Assembly (NCBI GenBank): GCA_040386695.1
Contig: JAZKFB010000004.1
Location: forward strand, 65,742-129,741
Direction of reading: 5' to 3'
DNA length: 64,000 nucleotides
Source: Verrucomicrobiota bacterium
GTDB taxonomy: Bacteria > Verrucomicrobiota > Verrucomicrobiia > Verrucomicrobiales > V1-33
Program-made: the position numbers and the translations under genes
Part shown: piece after piece, positions 1 through 7,851 of the stretch
How positions within the stretch are numbered: the stretch's first letter is position 1
Layout: the number at the start of each line of letters is the position of its first letter
The notes under the pieces: generated by a model
Database searches by the model: none
The model's input: only the letters and a program-made list of their open reading frames with translations
Told to the model about the DNA's origin: nothing

Positions 1-591
1 GCGATGGATGCGGACATGTCCCGGCGCCAGGCCGAAGCGGACCAGACCGCCGGAGCGTCTTTTCAGGATGCCCCCGGGACCCTGCTGGCCCTGTTCCCGG
101 CGGAGGAGCGCATCCAGCTTCAGGAACTGCTGGATGGCCGGGACCACTGCCGCATTGCCAGCAGCATCGGGGGCGTGGTGGACAAGCTGGTGAAAACGCC
201 GGGAGATTATCTGCTGGCCGGGGATCATCTGCTGGAAATGGTGGGGCGCCCCAAACACATCACCGCCTTCGTCAGCACGGACGAGGCCGCCGATCTCCAG
301 CCCGGCGCCAAAGTCTGGGTCACACCCGCCCATGGCCGGAAGTGGGCCGTCCACGAAACCACCATCATCCGCGCGGCCCCCGATGCCGAGCGCCTGCCCC
401 TGAGCAGCAAAGCCGGCAGTGGCGCCTATCAGGCCGGACGCCGGATCACGGTGGCGTTCCCGCCGTCCGCCCATGCTTCGGGCCCGGACGCCGTGGCCGG
501 TCTGCTGCCGGGCGAGGGCATCACCGTCCACCTGGCCCATCCCGGGGATCTGTCCCTTTTCCGAAAGCTGAGCACCATGGCGGCGGAGTGA
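1..591 (+). CDS. hypothetical protein, C-terminal fragment truncated by window edge (possibly HlyD/membrane-fusion-type adaptor)
   Basis: Frame 1 is open from base 1 (ORF track 4..591). The segment RIASSIGGVVDKLVKTPGDYLLAGDHLLEMVG...DEAADLQPGAKVWVTP resembles the beta-barrel part of MFP/HlyD adaptors. Third-codon positions are GC-rich. Identity is tentative. Confidence 0.4.
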   Translation, partial: AMDADMSRRQAEADQTAGASFQDAPGTLLALFPAEERIQLQELLDGRDHCRIASSIGGVVDKLVKTPGDYLLAGDHLLEMVGRPKHITAFVSTDEAADLQPGAKVWVTPAHGRKWAVHETTIIRAAPDAERLPLSSKAGSGAYQAGRRITVAFPPSAHASGPDAVAGLLPGEGITVHLAHPGDLSLFRKLSTMAAE

Positions 592-820
592 AAAAGATCG
601 GAAAAAGCAGGTTATTCACATACATTAAGGCGGACATAATTCCGCAGGCGGATTTAAAGTGACCTGGAGTTCTTTAATTGCCGCAAGCGCGGGCGAAGGC
701 AGAAGGTTTATGCCACAAACCTGTCACGCGGCGGAACTCGAATAGCGCGCGGGACTGTGGCATGCCCATGACGGGCGGCTCGGAACAGCCGCCATTCCGT
801 CACCGAACCGAACGCCATCC

Positions 821-3373
821 ATGAAATTAAACTCGCCTTTCCGGACTCCGCCGCTTCTTCTGTCAGTTTTGTTTCTGACATTCCCGGCCCACCGAAGCCG
901 GGGAGCTATTTTATATTCGGAAAATTTTGACGGGGTCACCCTCGGGGCGAACAAGGAGGAGGGCATCACCACCGGCGACGGCGAGCGGAAAGCCCAGACG
1001 GCCGTGTGGACCAAAACGGCGCCCGCAGGCTGGACGGTGGACGATTCCCAGATGCAGGGGCTCGGGGATCCGACCACCGACGGGGTCGTGGAATGGGCGG
1101 GCTGGAGCTTTACCGATCCCCGCTGGTGGGCCTACACCGCCGGCAATCAGAACCGCACGAGCTTCGTCAAAGGCGGCGGCGCCATCGCGGTGACGGATCC
1201 GGATGAGTGGGATGACCTGACCCGCAACGGTCCTTATAATTCCTATCTCGTTTCCCCGCGGATTCCCGTCGCCGCCGCGGCAGGCGCCGAACTCACTCTG
1301 AGATTTGACTCCAGCTGGCGTCCGGAGGTCCCGCAGAAAGCCGTGATTCTTGTCTCCTGGGACAATGGAGCTTTCACGGAAATCCTGCGCTGGGAGGGCG
1401 CGGGCGATAAGCTCCATCCCGAGGGCATGGAGAACGAGACGGTTTATCTGACCCTGACCCCGCCGCCCGGGGCGCAGAACGCGCAGTTCCGTTTCGGAAC
1501 GATCGACGCCGGGAACAACTGGTGGTGGGCCATCGACAACCTGGCGCTTTACAGCGGTGCCGAGCCCCCGCATTTTGAAACCCATCCGGTGAGTCCCGCG
1601 GACACCAACGTGAGTTCCTCCTTCATCGTGGGCACGGGAGCGGCGGTCGATCTGGCGGTCTCGATGGACGGCACTCCGGCTGCCGGGACGCTGCAGTGGG
1701 TGAGAATGAACGGAGCCACCCGGACCGTGCTCACCGGTCAGACCGCCGAGACGCTGTCCCTTCCCTCCGCCGTTCTCGCGGATTCCGGGCTTTACCTCTG
1801 CGAGGCCACCAACGCCGCCGGCACCATCAAAAGCGCGCCCGTGCTGATGACCGTGGCCGGCTTCACCGTCACGGAGCAGCCGCTGGCCCAGACAGTGGCC
1901 GCCACTTTCCCCGCAGCCTTCACGGTGGCGGCGGACAGCACCTTCGCGCTCACCTACCAGTGGTTCAAAGGACCCGAGGCCACGCGTGTGGAAATACCCG
2001 GAGCGACCTCCAGCACCCTGAGCTTCGCCGCCGCCGCTCTGGCCGATGACGGCGTCTACAGTGTCAGAATCAGCGGCACCACGGGCACCGTCCCGTTCAG
2101 CGGGTTCAGCAATGTGGCGCGGCTTTCCGTCCAGCCTCTGCTCATTGATCAGCCGCCGGCCTCGACGGAGGCCGCCCAGGGGGAGGCCGCCAGCTTCGAA
2201 GTCGTGGCCTCCAGCACCGGCACCCCGACCTATCAGTGGCTCTTCCGGGCCATCGGGCAGGCAGGTCCGGCGGCTCCCGTGGATGGGGCCACCGGCTCCA
2301 CTCTTTCCCTGACCTCCGCCTCACGTTTCGGCACGGGTTATTACAGTGTCAGAGTCACCAATCCGCTGGGATCGGTGACCAGTCCGGAAGCCAAGCTCAC
2401 CGTGCATGTGCCGCCTTCCACCACTGAAATTTTCAAGGAAAACTGGCAGAGCGTGGCCCTCGGGCCGAATGTGGAGGAGGGCATCCTCACGGGTGCCGGC
2501 TTCCCCGCGCCCCAAACCGCGGTGTGGTCCCCGGCCGCCCCCAATGGCTGGACCATCGACAACTCCGCCATGCCCGTGCCCTCCCCGGAAAATGTCAGCG
2601 GCACCGACGGCGTGAAGGAATGGTTCGGCTGGTCCTTTGCGGAGCCTGGCTGGTGGAGCACCACGGCCGGTGAACAGGGCCGCAGCGGCTTCTCCAAAGG
2701 CCTGGGGGATTCCGCGGAAACCGGCATCCCCGCCGTCGTGGCCATCGCCGACACGGATGAATGGGATGACCTCGCGCACACCGGCGGCGCCTTCAGCTCC
2801 GCTCTCATCAGCCCCTCCATTTCCCTGGCCGGCACCACTCCCGGCAGCGTGGTTCTGTCCTTCGATTCCTGCTGGCAGCGGGAAGGCAATATGAAGGCCA
2901 TCCTGGAGGTCTCCCTGGATGGCGGCCCTTATCAGCAGGTGCTGTTCTGGACCGACAGCGGTCCCGACACCCACGACAACAACACGGACGAAACGGTCAC
3001 CATTCCCATCAGCACCACCGCCGCCAACACCTCGTTGAAGCTCCGCTACAGCCTCGTGGACGCCACGAATAACTGGTACTGGGCGATTGATAACATCCAG
3101 GTCACCGCCGCCACCACCGCGGTGCCCGGCGTTCCTCCGGTCATCACCTCCATGAATTTCAACGCGGCCACCAAAGTGATCACCCTCAAATGGAAGTCCG
3201 TTCCGCAGAAGGCCTACAAACTCCAGTATTCCCAGAATCTGCAGACCTGGCAGACAGCCGTGCCGAACCTGACGGGCGCCGCCGGAGCGGAAACCGAGGT
3301 TTCCTCCGATGTGGACACGCTCTTCCCCACCCCGCCGGTGCCGGGCAAGCTGTTCTTCCGCATCAGCGAGTGA
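821..3373 (+). CDS. secreted multi-domain protein: two paralogous beta-sandwich-like domains flanking three Ig-like repeats, with a C-terminal FFRI module
   Basis: 850-aa ORF with ATG at 821 and a hydrophobic signal-like N-terminus (LLLSVLFLTFPA). Domain A (aa ~31-245, ends NNWWWAIDNLALY) and domain B (aa ~522-762, ends NNWYWAIDNIQVT) align to each other. Three repeats carry YQW...G(L/V/Y)Y...(T/S)N..G motifs typical of I-set-like Ig domains. Confidence 0.8.
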   Translation: MKLNSPFRTPPLLLSVLFLTFPAHRSRGAILYSENFDGVTLGANKEEGITTGDGERKAQTAVWTKTAPAGWTVDDSQMQGLGDPTTDGVVEWAGWSFTDPRWWAYTAGNQNRTSFVKGGGAIAVTDPDEWDDLTRNGPYNSYLVSPRIPVAAAAGAELTLRFDSSWRPEVPQKAVILVSWDNGAFTEILRWEGAGDKLHPEGMENETVYLTLTPPPGAQNAQFRFGTIDAGNNWWWAIDNLALYSGAEPPHFETHPVSPADTNVSSSFIVGTGAAVDLAVSMDGTPAAGTLQWVRMNGATRTVLTGQTAETLSLPSAVLADSGLYLCEATNAAGTIKSAPVLMTVAGFTVTEQPLAQTVAATFPAAFTVAADSTFALTYQWFKGPEATRVEIPGATSSTLSFAAAALADDGVYSVRISGTTGTVPFSGFSNVARLSVQPLLIDQPPASTEAAQGEAASFEVVASSTGTPTYQWLFRAIGQAGPAAPVDGATGSTLSLTSASRFGTGYYSVRVTNPLGSVTSPEAKLTVHVPPSTTEIFKENWQSVALGPNVEEGILTGAGFPAPQTAVWSPAAPNGWTIDNSAMPVPSPENVSGTDGVKEWFGWSFAEPGWWSTTAGEQGRSGFSKGLGDSAETGIPAVVAIADTDEWDDLAHTGGAFSSALISPSISLAGTTPGSVVLSFDSCWQREGNMKAILEVSLDGGPYQQVLFWTDSGPDTHDNNTDETVTIPISTTAANTSLKLRYSLVDATNNWYWAIDNIQVTAATTAVPGVPPVITSMNFNAATKVITLKWKSVPQKAYKLQYSQNLQTWQTAVPNLTGAAGAETEVSSDVDTLFPTPPVPGKLFFRISE

Positions 3374-3393
3374 TCTGATAAAATCCGGATCCT

Positions 3394-3426
3394 GGCGGCG
3401 GACGGGAAATAATTCTGTCCGCCGCC
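3394..3426 (+). terminator. terminator-like hairpin downstream of 821..3373
   Basis: 10-bp perfect stem GGCGGCGGAC / GTCCGCCGCC with a 13-nt loop, 21 nt after the stop codon. There is no clean T-run, so the call is weak. Confidence 0.35.
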
Positions 3427-3442
3427 CTGTATCCGGGTTTGT

Positions 3443-3478
3443 GATCCGCAGGATCCGGCCGATCCGGCTGATCCTTTC
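3443..3478. repeat. tandem 9-bp repeat, 4 copies (GATCCGCAG GATCCGGCC GATCCGGCT GATCCTTTC)
   Basis: Read directly from the sequence. Intergenic, upstream of the aminotransferase gene. It produces the spurious IRRIRPIRLI translation in ORF 3309..3572. Confidence 0.75.
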
Positions 3479-3508
3479 TCACTCAAATTCCGTCCGCCCG
3501 CTCCGCCT

Positions 3509-4894
3509 GTGCCCGAATTCACCCTTCCCCCCGGCTCCTCCGACCATGGCCTGCTTTCCGAGGGCGATGTGAATTTCACGCCGGGGCGCGCGGCTTTCGC
3601 GGCGGAACATTTGTCAGACCCCACCCGCGATCTGCTGGCGGAGGACGCGGAGGTTTTCCTGCATCAGTCGCTTTCCACGCCCTGCCTCAATGCCCTGAGC
3701 GGCGCGGAGGGCGCGTGGATCACGGATCTGGAGGGGCGGCCATATCTGGATTTTCACGGCAACAACGTCCACCAGACCGGTTTTGCCCACCCGGCGGTGA
3801 TTGCCGCAGTGAAGCGGCAGCTGGACGAACTCAGCTTCTGCACCCGCCGCTACACCTGCCAGGCCGCGGTGGACCTGGCGAAACGCCTGCGCGGAATCGC
3901 GCCGCCGGGACTGACCCGCGTGCTCTTCGCGCCGGGCGGCACCACTGCCATCGGCATGGCCTTGAAACTGGCGCGGGTGGCCACGGGACGCTTCAAATTT
4001 GTCTCCATGTGGGACGCTTTCCATGGAGCCTCGCTGGATGCCATCTCCGTGGGCGGCGAGGCCGTCTTCCGCAAAAACATCGGCCCGCTGCTGCCCGGCT
4101 GCGAGCACGTGCCGCCGCCGGAGCCGCATGGCTGCCCCTTCCGCTGCGGAGCCTCGTGCAGCCTGGCCTGCGCCGACTACATTGAATACGTACTGGCCAA
4201 GGAGGGCGACGTCGCCGCCGTCATCGCCGAGACCGTCCGCTGCACCCCTTTCATTCCGCCGCCCGACTACTGGCAACGCGTGCGCGCCGCCTGCGACCGT
4301 CATGGGACCCTGCTCATTCTCGACGAAATCCCCGTCGGCCTCGGCCGCACCGGCCGCATGTTCGCCTGTGAGCATTACGGCGTGGTGCCCGACATGCTCG
4401 TTCTTGGCAAAGGCCTCGGCGGCGGCGTCATGCCCCTGGCGGCGCTGCTGGCAAAGGAGGAGCTGAACGTCGCCGCCCACACCGCTCTCGGTCACTACAC
4501 CCACGAGAAAAACCCCGTCGCCTGCGCCGCCGGCCTGGCCACGCTGGACGTGATTGAGGAGGAGGGCCTCGTCACCCGCGCGGCGGAACTCGGAGAACTG
4601 GCGCTGATCAAAATGCGGCAGATGGCGGTGAAACATCCACTCATCGCCGAAGTCCGCGGCCTCGGTCTCCTCATGGGCCTGGTGCTGCGGAAACCCGACG
4701 GCTCACCCGCCCGGACAGAAGCCGAACGCGTGATGCACGCCTCTCTGCGCCGGGGCCTGAATTTCAAAATCACCATGGGCCACATTCTCACCCTGACCCC
4801 CGCTCTCGTGCTCACGGAGGACGAACTCGCCCTGGCCATCGGCATCCTCGATGAGGCCCTCACGGAAGTGACGGCCGGCGTTTCCCGACCATGA
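3509..4894 (+). CDS. class III (omega-type) PLP-dependent aminotransferase family protein
   Basis: 461 aa with a GTG start. Motifs are LDFHGNN, FAPGGTTAIGMALKLAR, LLILDEIPVGLGRTGRMFACEHYGVVPDMLVLGKGLGGG (putative PLP lysine in LGKG) and HEKNP. Substrate is unknown. Confidence 0.85.
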   Translation: MPEFTLPPGSSDHGLLSEGDVNFTPGRAAFAAEHLSDPTRDLLAEDAEVFLHQSLSTPCLNALSGAEGAWITDLEGRPYLDFHGNNVHQTGFAHPAVIAAVKRQLDELSFCTRRYTCQAAVDLAKRLRGIAPPGLTRVLFAPGGTTAIGMALKLARVATGRFKFVSMWDAFHGASLDAISVGGEAVFRKNIGPLLPGCEHVPPPEPHGCPFRCGASCSLACADYIEYVLAKEGDVAAVIAETVRCTPFIPPPDYWQRVRAACDRHGTLLILDEIPVGLGRTGRMFACEHYGVVPDMLVLGKGLGGGVMPLAALLAKEELNVAAHTALGHYTHEKNPVACAAGLATLDVIEEEGLVTRAAELGELALIKMRQMAVKHPLIAEVRGLGLLMGLVLRKPDGSPARTEAERVMHASLRRGLNFKITMGHILTLTPALVLTEDELALAIGILDEALTEVTAGVSRP

Positions 4895-4980
4895 ATGACG
4901 GTGCTCTGACACACGATTCCCGCAGCCGATGCTCCGGCACCGGGCAGGATGCCCCGCAGGACAGGAGGAACCCCTGTTCT

Positions 4981-5025
4981 ATCTGATTTCTGACTTCTGA
5001 CCGCTGACTTCTGTTCCCTGACTTT
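4981..5025. repeat. degenerate short tandem repeat built on CTGAC(T)T units
   Basis: ATCTGATTTCTGACTTCTGACCGCTGACTTCTGTTCCCTGAC contains four CTGAC cores 7-14 nt apart. It lies directly upstream of the ATG at 5034. Confidence 0.45.
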
Positions 5026-5033
5026 CCAAACCC

Positions 5034-6938
5034 ATGAAACTTCTCCGTCTCTCATCCTGCCGCGCGCTGTTTCCGGCAGTGCTCGCTCTCGCCCCCATTG
5101 CCGCCAGGGCTCATCCTGACAAAGTGGAGGACCGTCTTCTCATGCACTTCGCCACCGGGTCCACGCCCATCCAGGGCGACACCTGGGAGGACCTGACACA
5201 CCACCTCAAAGCCCGCGTCATGGGGCAGCCGAAGCTCACCCACATCGGCCCCGCGCAGGCCCTTGTTTTCAACGGCCTCAGCGACTGGCTGCTGGCCGCG
5301 CCCGACAAAGCCACCGCCCAGCCCGTCCTGCCGGCAAAGGAAATGACCGCCAGCGTCTGGGTGCGCTTCAACGCCATGCGGGCCGAGGGCGGCCTCTGCG
5401 GCTTCATCCAGGACAACGGCAGTTTTGAGAAAGGCTGGCTCCTGGGATATGACCGCGAGCGCTTCACTTTCCGTCTCTCCAGCGCCGGAGGCAATACGGA
5501 CGGCGACGGCGTCCTGACCACGGTCACCGGCAAAAGCGCCGTGAAACCCGGTCCATGGTATCACGTCGCCGCCACCTACGACGGCGCGGCCATGCGGCTT
5601 TACGTCAATGGCCGGCTGGACGGTGAATCGGCCGCGCAGTCGGGTGACATTCTCTATCCCGATCAGGGAAAGCTGACCGTCGCCGCCTTCGCCGACAAGG
5701 ATGAGCTGGAGATTCTCGACGGCGGCCTCCTTGAGGTGAAAACCTACGGCCGCGCCCTGCCGGAAACCGAAGTCGCCGCCGTCGTGGAGCAGAACGCCGG
5801 GCTGCTCGCCTGGCAGGGCTCGATCAATGGCGATCTCCAGTTTGTGGTGAAGCCTTACCTCCAGGCGGCCTCCACCACCGGCATGAGCATCATGGCCGAA
5901 ACCAGCCGTCCCGCCGCCATGTCCGTGGAATATGCGGAAATCGCCCCGCTCACCGCCACCGCCTCCGTGCCCGCCGGGGCCTCGCCCATCAGCACCGTTT
6001 CCCTGACCGGTCTCAAGCCGCACACCCGCTACTTCTACCGTGTCACCTGCGACGACGGCAGCGGGAACACCGCCCGCAGCGAGGTGAAAAGCTTCCAGAC
6101 CCTCCCCGGTCCCGACGATGCCTGGGCTTTCGGCCTGATCGGCGACACCCAGCGGAACCCCGATGTCACCCGCCAGTGCGCCGAGGGCATCTTCGCCCTG
6201 CGGCCTAATTTCCTGCTCCACGTCGGCGATGTCGTGGACGACGGTTTCGCCAAGCAGCAGTGGGTCTTCGACCTCTTTGAGCCCTGCTCCAAACTGCTGT
6301 CCTACGTTCCCGTCTTCCCGGTCATCGGCAATCACGAGAAAAACTCGCACTGGTATTACGACTACTTCCACCTGCCCGAGCCCGAGTATTTTTACACCTT
6401 CAAATGCGGGAACGCCGAGTTCTTCATGGTGGACACCAACAAGGACGTCTCGCCCGCCAGCGAGCAGTATCAGAAACTGGAGAAAGCTCTCGCCGCCTCC
6501 ACCTCCACCTGGAAATTCACCGCCCACCACCACCCCTGCTGGAGTTCCGACAACGATGACTACGGCGACACCGAGCAGGGCAAGCCCGGCAAGCCCTTCA
6601 GTCAGGGTGAAATCAGGCTGCGCCCTCTGGTGTCACTTTACGAAAAATACGGTGTGGACATCGCCTTCGCCGGCCACATCCACAGCTACGAGCGCACCTG
6701 GCCGATTCTGAACATGGCCGTGAATCAGAAAAAGGGCGTGCGCTACATCGTCAGCGGCGGCGGCGGCGGGAATCTGGAGAAAGCCGCGCCCCAGCGCTCA
6801 TGGTTCAGCATTCACGTCAAAAGCGGCCACCACTTCTGCTTCGCCACCGTCCAGGACCGCACCATCCAGTTCAAAGCCTACGACCTTGAGGGCCGCCTCT
6901 TCGACACCTTCGAACTCACCAAAGCGACCGACCGCTGA
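5034..6938 (+). CDS. secreted LamG-like domain + purple-acid-phosphatase-like metallophosphoesterase
   Basis: 634 aa with a signal peptide (LFPAVLALAPIAARA). The N-terminal half has a LamG/ConA-like pattern (WYHVAATYDGAAMRLYVNG). The C-terminal half has metallophosphoesterase motifs GDTQ, HVGDVVDDG, GNHE, HHHP and GHIHSYER. Confidence 0.85.
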   Translation: MKLLRLSSCRALFPAVLALAPIAARAHPDKVEDRLLMHFATGSTPIQGDTWEDLTHHLKARVMGQPKLTHIGPAQALVFNGLSDWLLAAPDKATAQPVLPAKEMTASVWVRFNAMRAEGGLCGFIQDNGSFEKGWLLGYDRERFTFRLSSAGGNTDGDGVLTTVTGKSAVKPGPWYHVAATYDGAAMRLYVNGRLDGESAAQSGDILYPDQGKLTVAAFADKDELEILDGGLLEVKTYGRALPETEVAAVVEQNAGLLAWQGSINGDLQFVVKPYLQAASTTGMSIMAETSRPAAMSVEYAEIAPLTATASVPAGASPISTVSLTGLKPHTRYFYRVTCDDGSGNTARSEVKSFQTLPGPDDAWAFGLIGDTQRNPDVTRQCAEGIFALRPNFLLHVGDVVDDGFAKQQWVFDLFEPCSKLLSYVPVFPVIGNHEKNSHWYYDYFHLPEPEYFYTFKCGNAEFFMVDTNKDVSPASEQYQKLEKALAASTSTWKFTAHHHPCWSSDNDDYGDTEQGKPGKPFSQGEIRLRPLVSLYEKYGVDIAFAGHIHSYERTWPILNMAVNQKKGVRYIVSGGGGGNLEKAAPQRSWFSIHVKSGHHFCFATVQDRTIQFKAYDLEGRLFDTFELTKATDR

Positions 6939-6953
6939 TAAGCGATGGAACGG

Positions 6954-7565
6954 TCAATGCCTGACGTTCTTTGCTCCTGCCGGGGTCTGCATGAGGCGGT
7001 CGGTCCATGCGATGCCGATCGCGGACAGAATAAAGATGGCGTGAATGATGGTCTGCCACATCACGCCTTCGGCGGTGGGCACAGTCGCGGGGGCCACCAC
7101 CGCAAGGTCGGCGCTGACAGCGGCAGCGGGTTTGCCAATGTCGCCAGCCGCGATGAAGGTTTTCAAAAGATGCACGGAGCTGATGCCGATGATGGCCATG
7201 GCCAGCTTCACTTTGAGCACGGAGGCGTTCACATGGCTCAGCCACTCCGGCTGGTCCGGATGATTGTGCAGGCGCAGGCGGGAGACGAAGGTCTCATATC
7301 CGCCCACGATGACCATCATGAGCAGATTCGAGATCATGACCACGTCGATCAGACCCAGCACAATCAGCATCATGGCCTGCTCCTTGAGTGTCTTCGCCTC
7401 CAGGATCAGATGCTTCAGCTCCTTCATGAAGAGAAACACGTAAACCCCCTGGGCCACGATGAGGCCCAGATAGAGCGGCAGCTGCAGCCAGCGGGAGCTG
7501 AAGATCAGAGTGGGCAGCAGTCCAAGGCGGGGCGGGACAGTCGGAGGAGATGAATTTTCGGTCAT
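6954..7565 (-). CDS. yqhA: UPF0114 / YqhA family inner-membrane protein
   Basis: Clear similarity to E. coli YqhA (SSRWLQLPLYLGL..., GGYETFVS, ISSVHLLKTF, IIHAIFILSA...DRL). Start trimmed to the ATG at 7565. The longer ORF to 7781 adds an Arg/Pro-rich extension that runs through a terminator hairpin. Confidence 0.75.
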   Translation of the reverse strand: MTENSSPPTVPPRLGLLPTLIFSSRWLQLPLYLGLIVAQGVYVFLFMKELKHLILEAKTLKEQAMMLIVLGLIDVVMISNLLMMVIVGGYETFVSRLRLHNHPDQPEWLSHVNASVLKVKLAMAIIGISSVHLLKTFIAAGDIGKPAAAVSADLAVVAPATVPTAEGVMWQTIIHAIFILSAIGIAWTDRLMQTPAGAKNVRH

Positions 7566-7626
7566 ATTCTGGCGTGGGAGCCATGGCGGAAAACGGATGT
7601 TTTGCAAGTGGAGGGCACGGAGTTTT

Positions 7627-7657
7627 AAAAAAAGCGCCACCCCGCCGGTGGGTGGCG
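7627..7657 (-). terminator. intrinsic-terminator-like hairpin + U7 tract in the 5' leader of yqhA
   Basis: On the minus strand: CGCCACCC-ACCGGCG-GGGTGGCG (8-bp GC stem, 7-nt loop) followed by C-TTTTTTT. It lies about 60 nt upstream of the yqhA ATG, with no upstream minus-strand gene to terminate. Confidence 0.6.
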
Positions 7658-7851
7658 GAATTGTTCCATGGCGGCTCTGGCTCCGCCGCCTTCCGGGAGG
7701 AACCTTGTCCCGCCGGAGGGGTCCAGGTAGCCGTTCCGGTAAAGCACCCGGTGCCCGATTCATCCGCGCGCCAAATCCCAAGGGCCGGCGGGCGCGATTT
7801 TATTTGCCGCGCGCCGCACTTTCACCGACCTCACTCAAATCCTCCTCCCGC

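Noticed and set aside
7680-7740. Possible guanidine-III (ykkC-III)-like riboswitch in the yqhA leader. The minus-strand RNA contains CCGGAACGG and GGGACAAGG, reminiscent of the CCGGACG…GGACAAG consensus.
   Set aside because: I could not find the complementary segments needed for the second pseudoknot stem. The spacing differs from the ~41-nt motif I remember, and yqhA is not a known guanidine-regulated gene. It is kept only as an unclassified structured leader, and Infernal with the Rfam model would settle it.
7510-7851. 5' extensions of track ORFs: 7510..9024, 6954..7781, 41051..42340, 42857..43771, 54766..55983, 35792..39103, 47350..50004, 10081..10677 and 10749..11618.
   Set aside because: The extensions are Arg/Pro/Gly-rich, often start at TTG/GTG, overlap neighbouring genes or structured repeats, and precede an internal ATG that gives the canonical family N-terminus or a signal peptide. 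Genes were trimmed to those ATGs.
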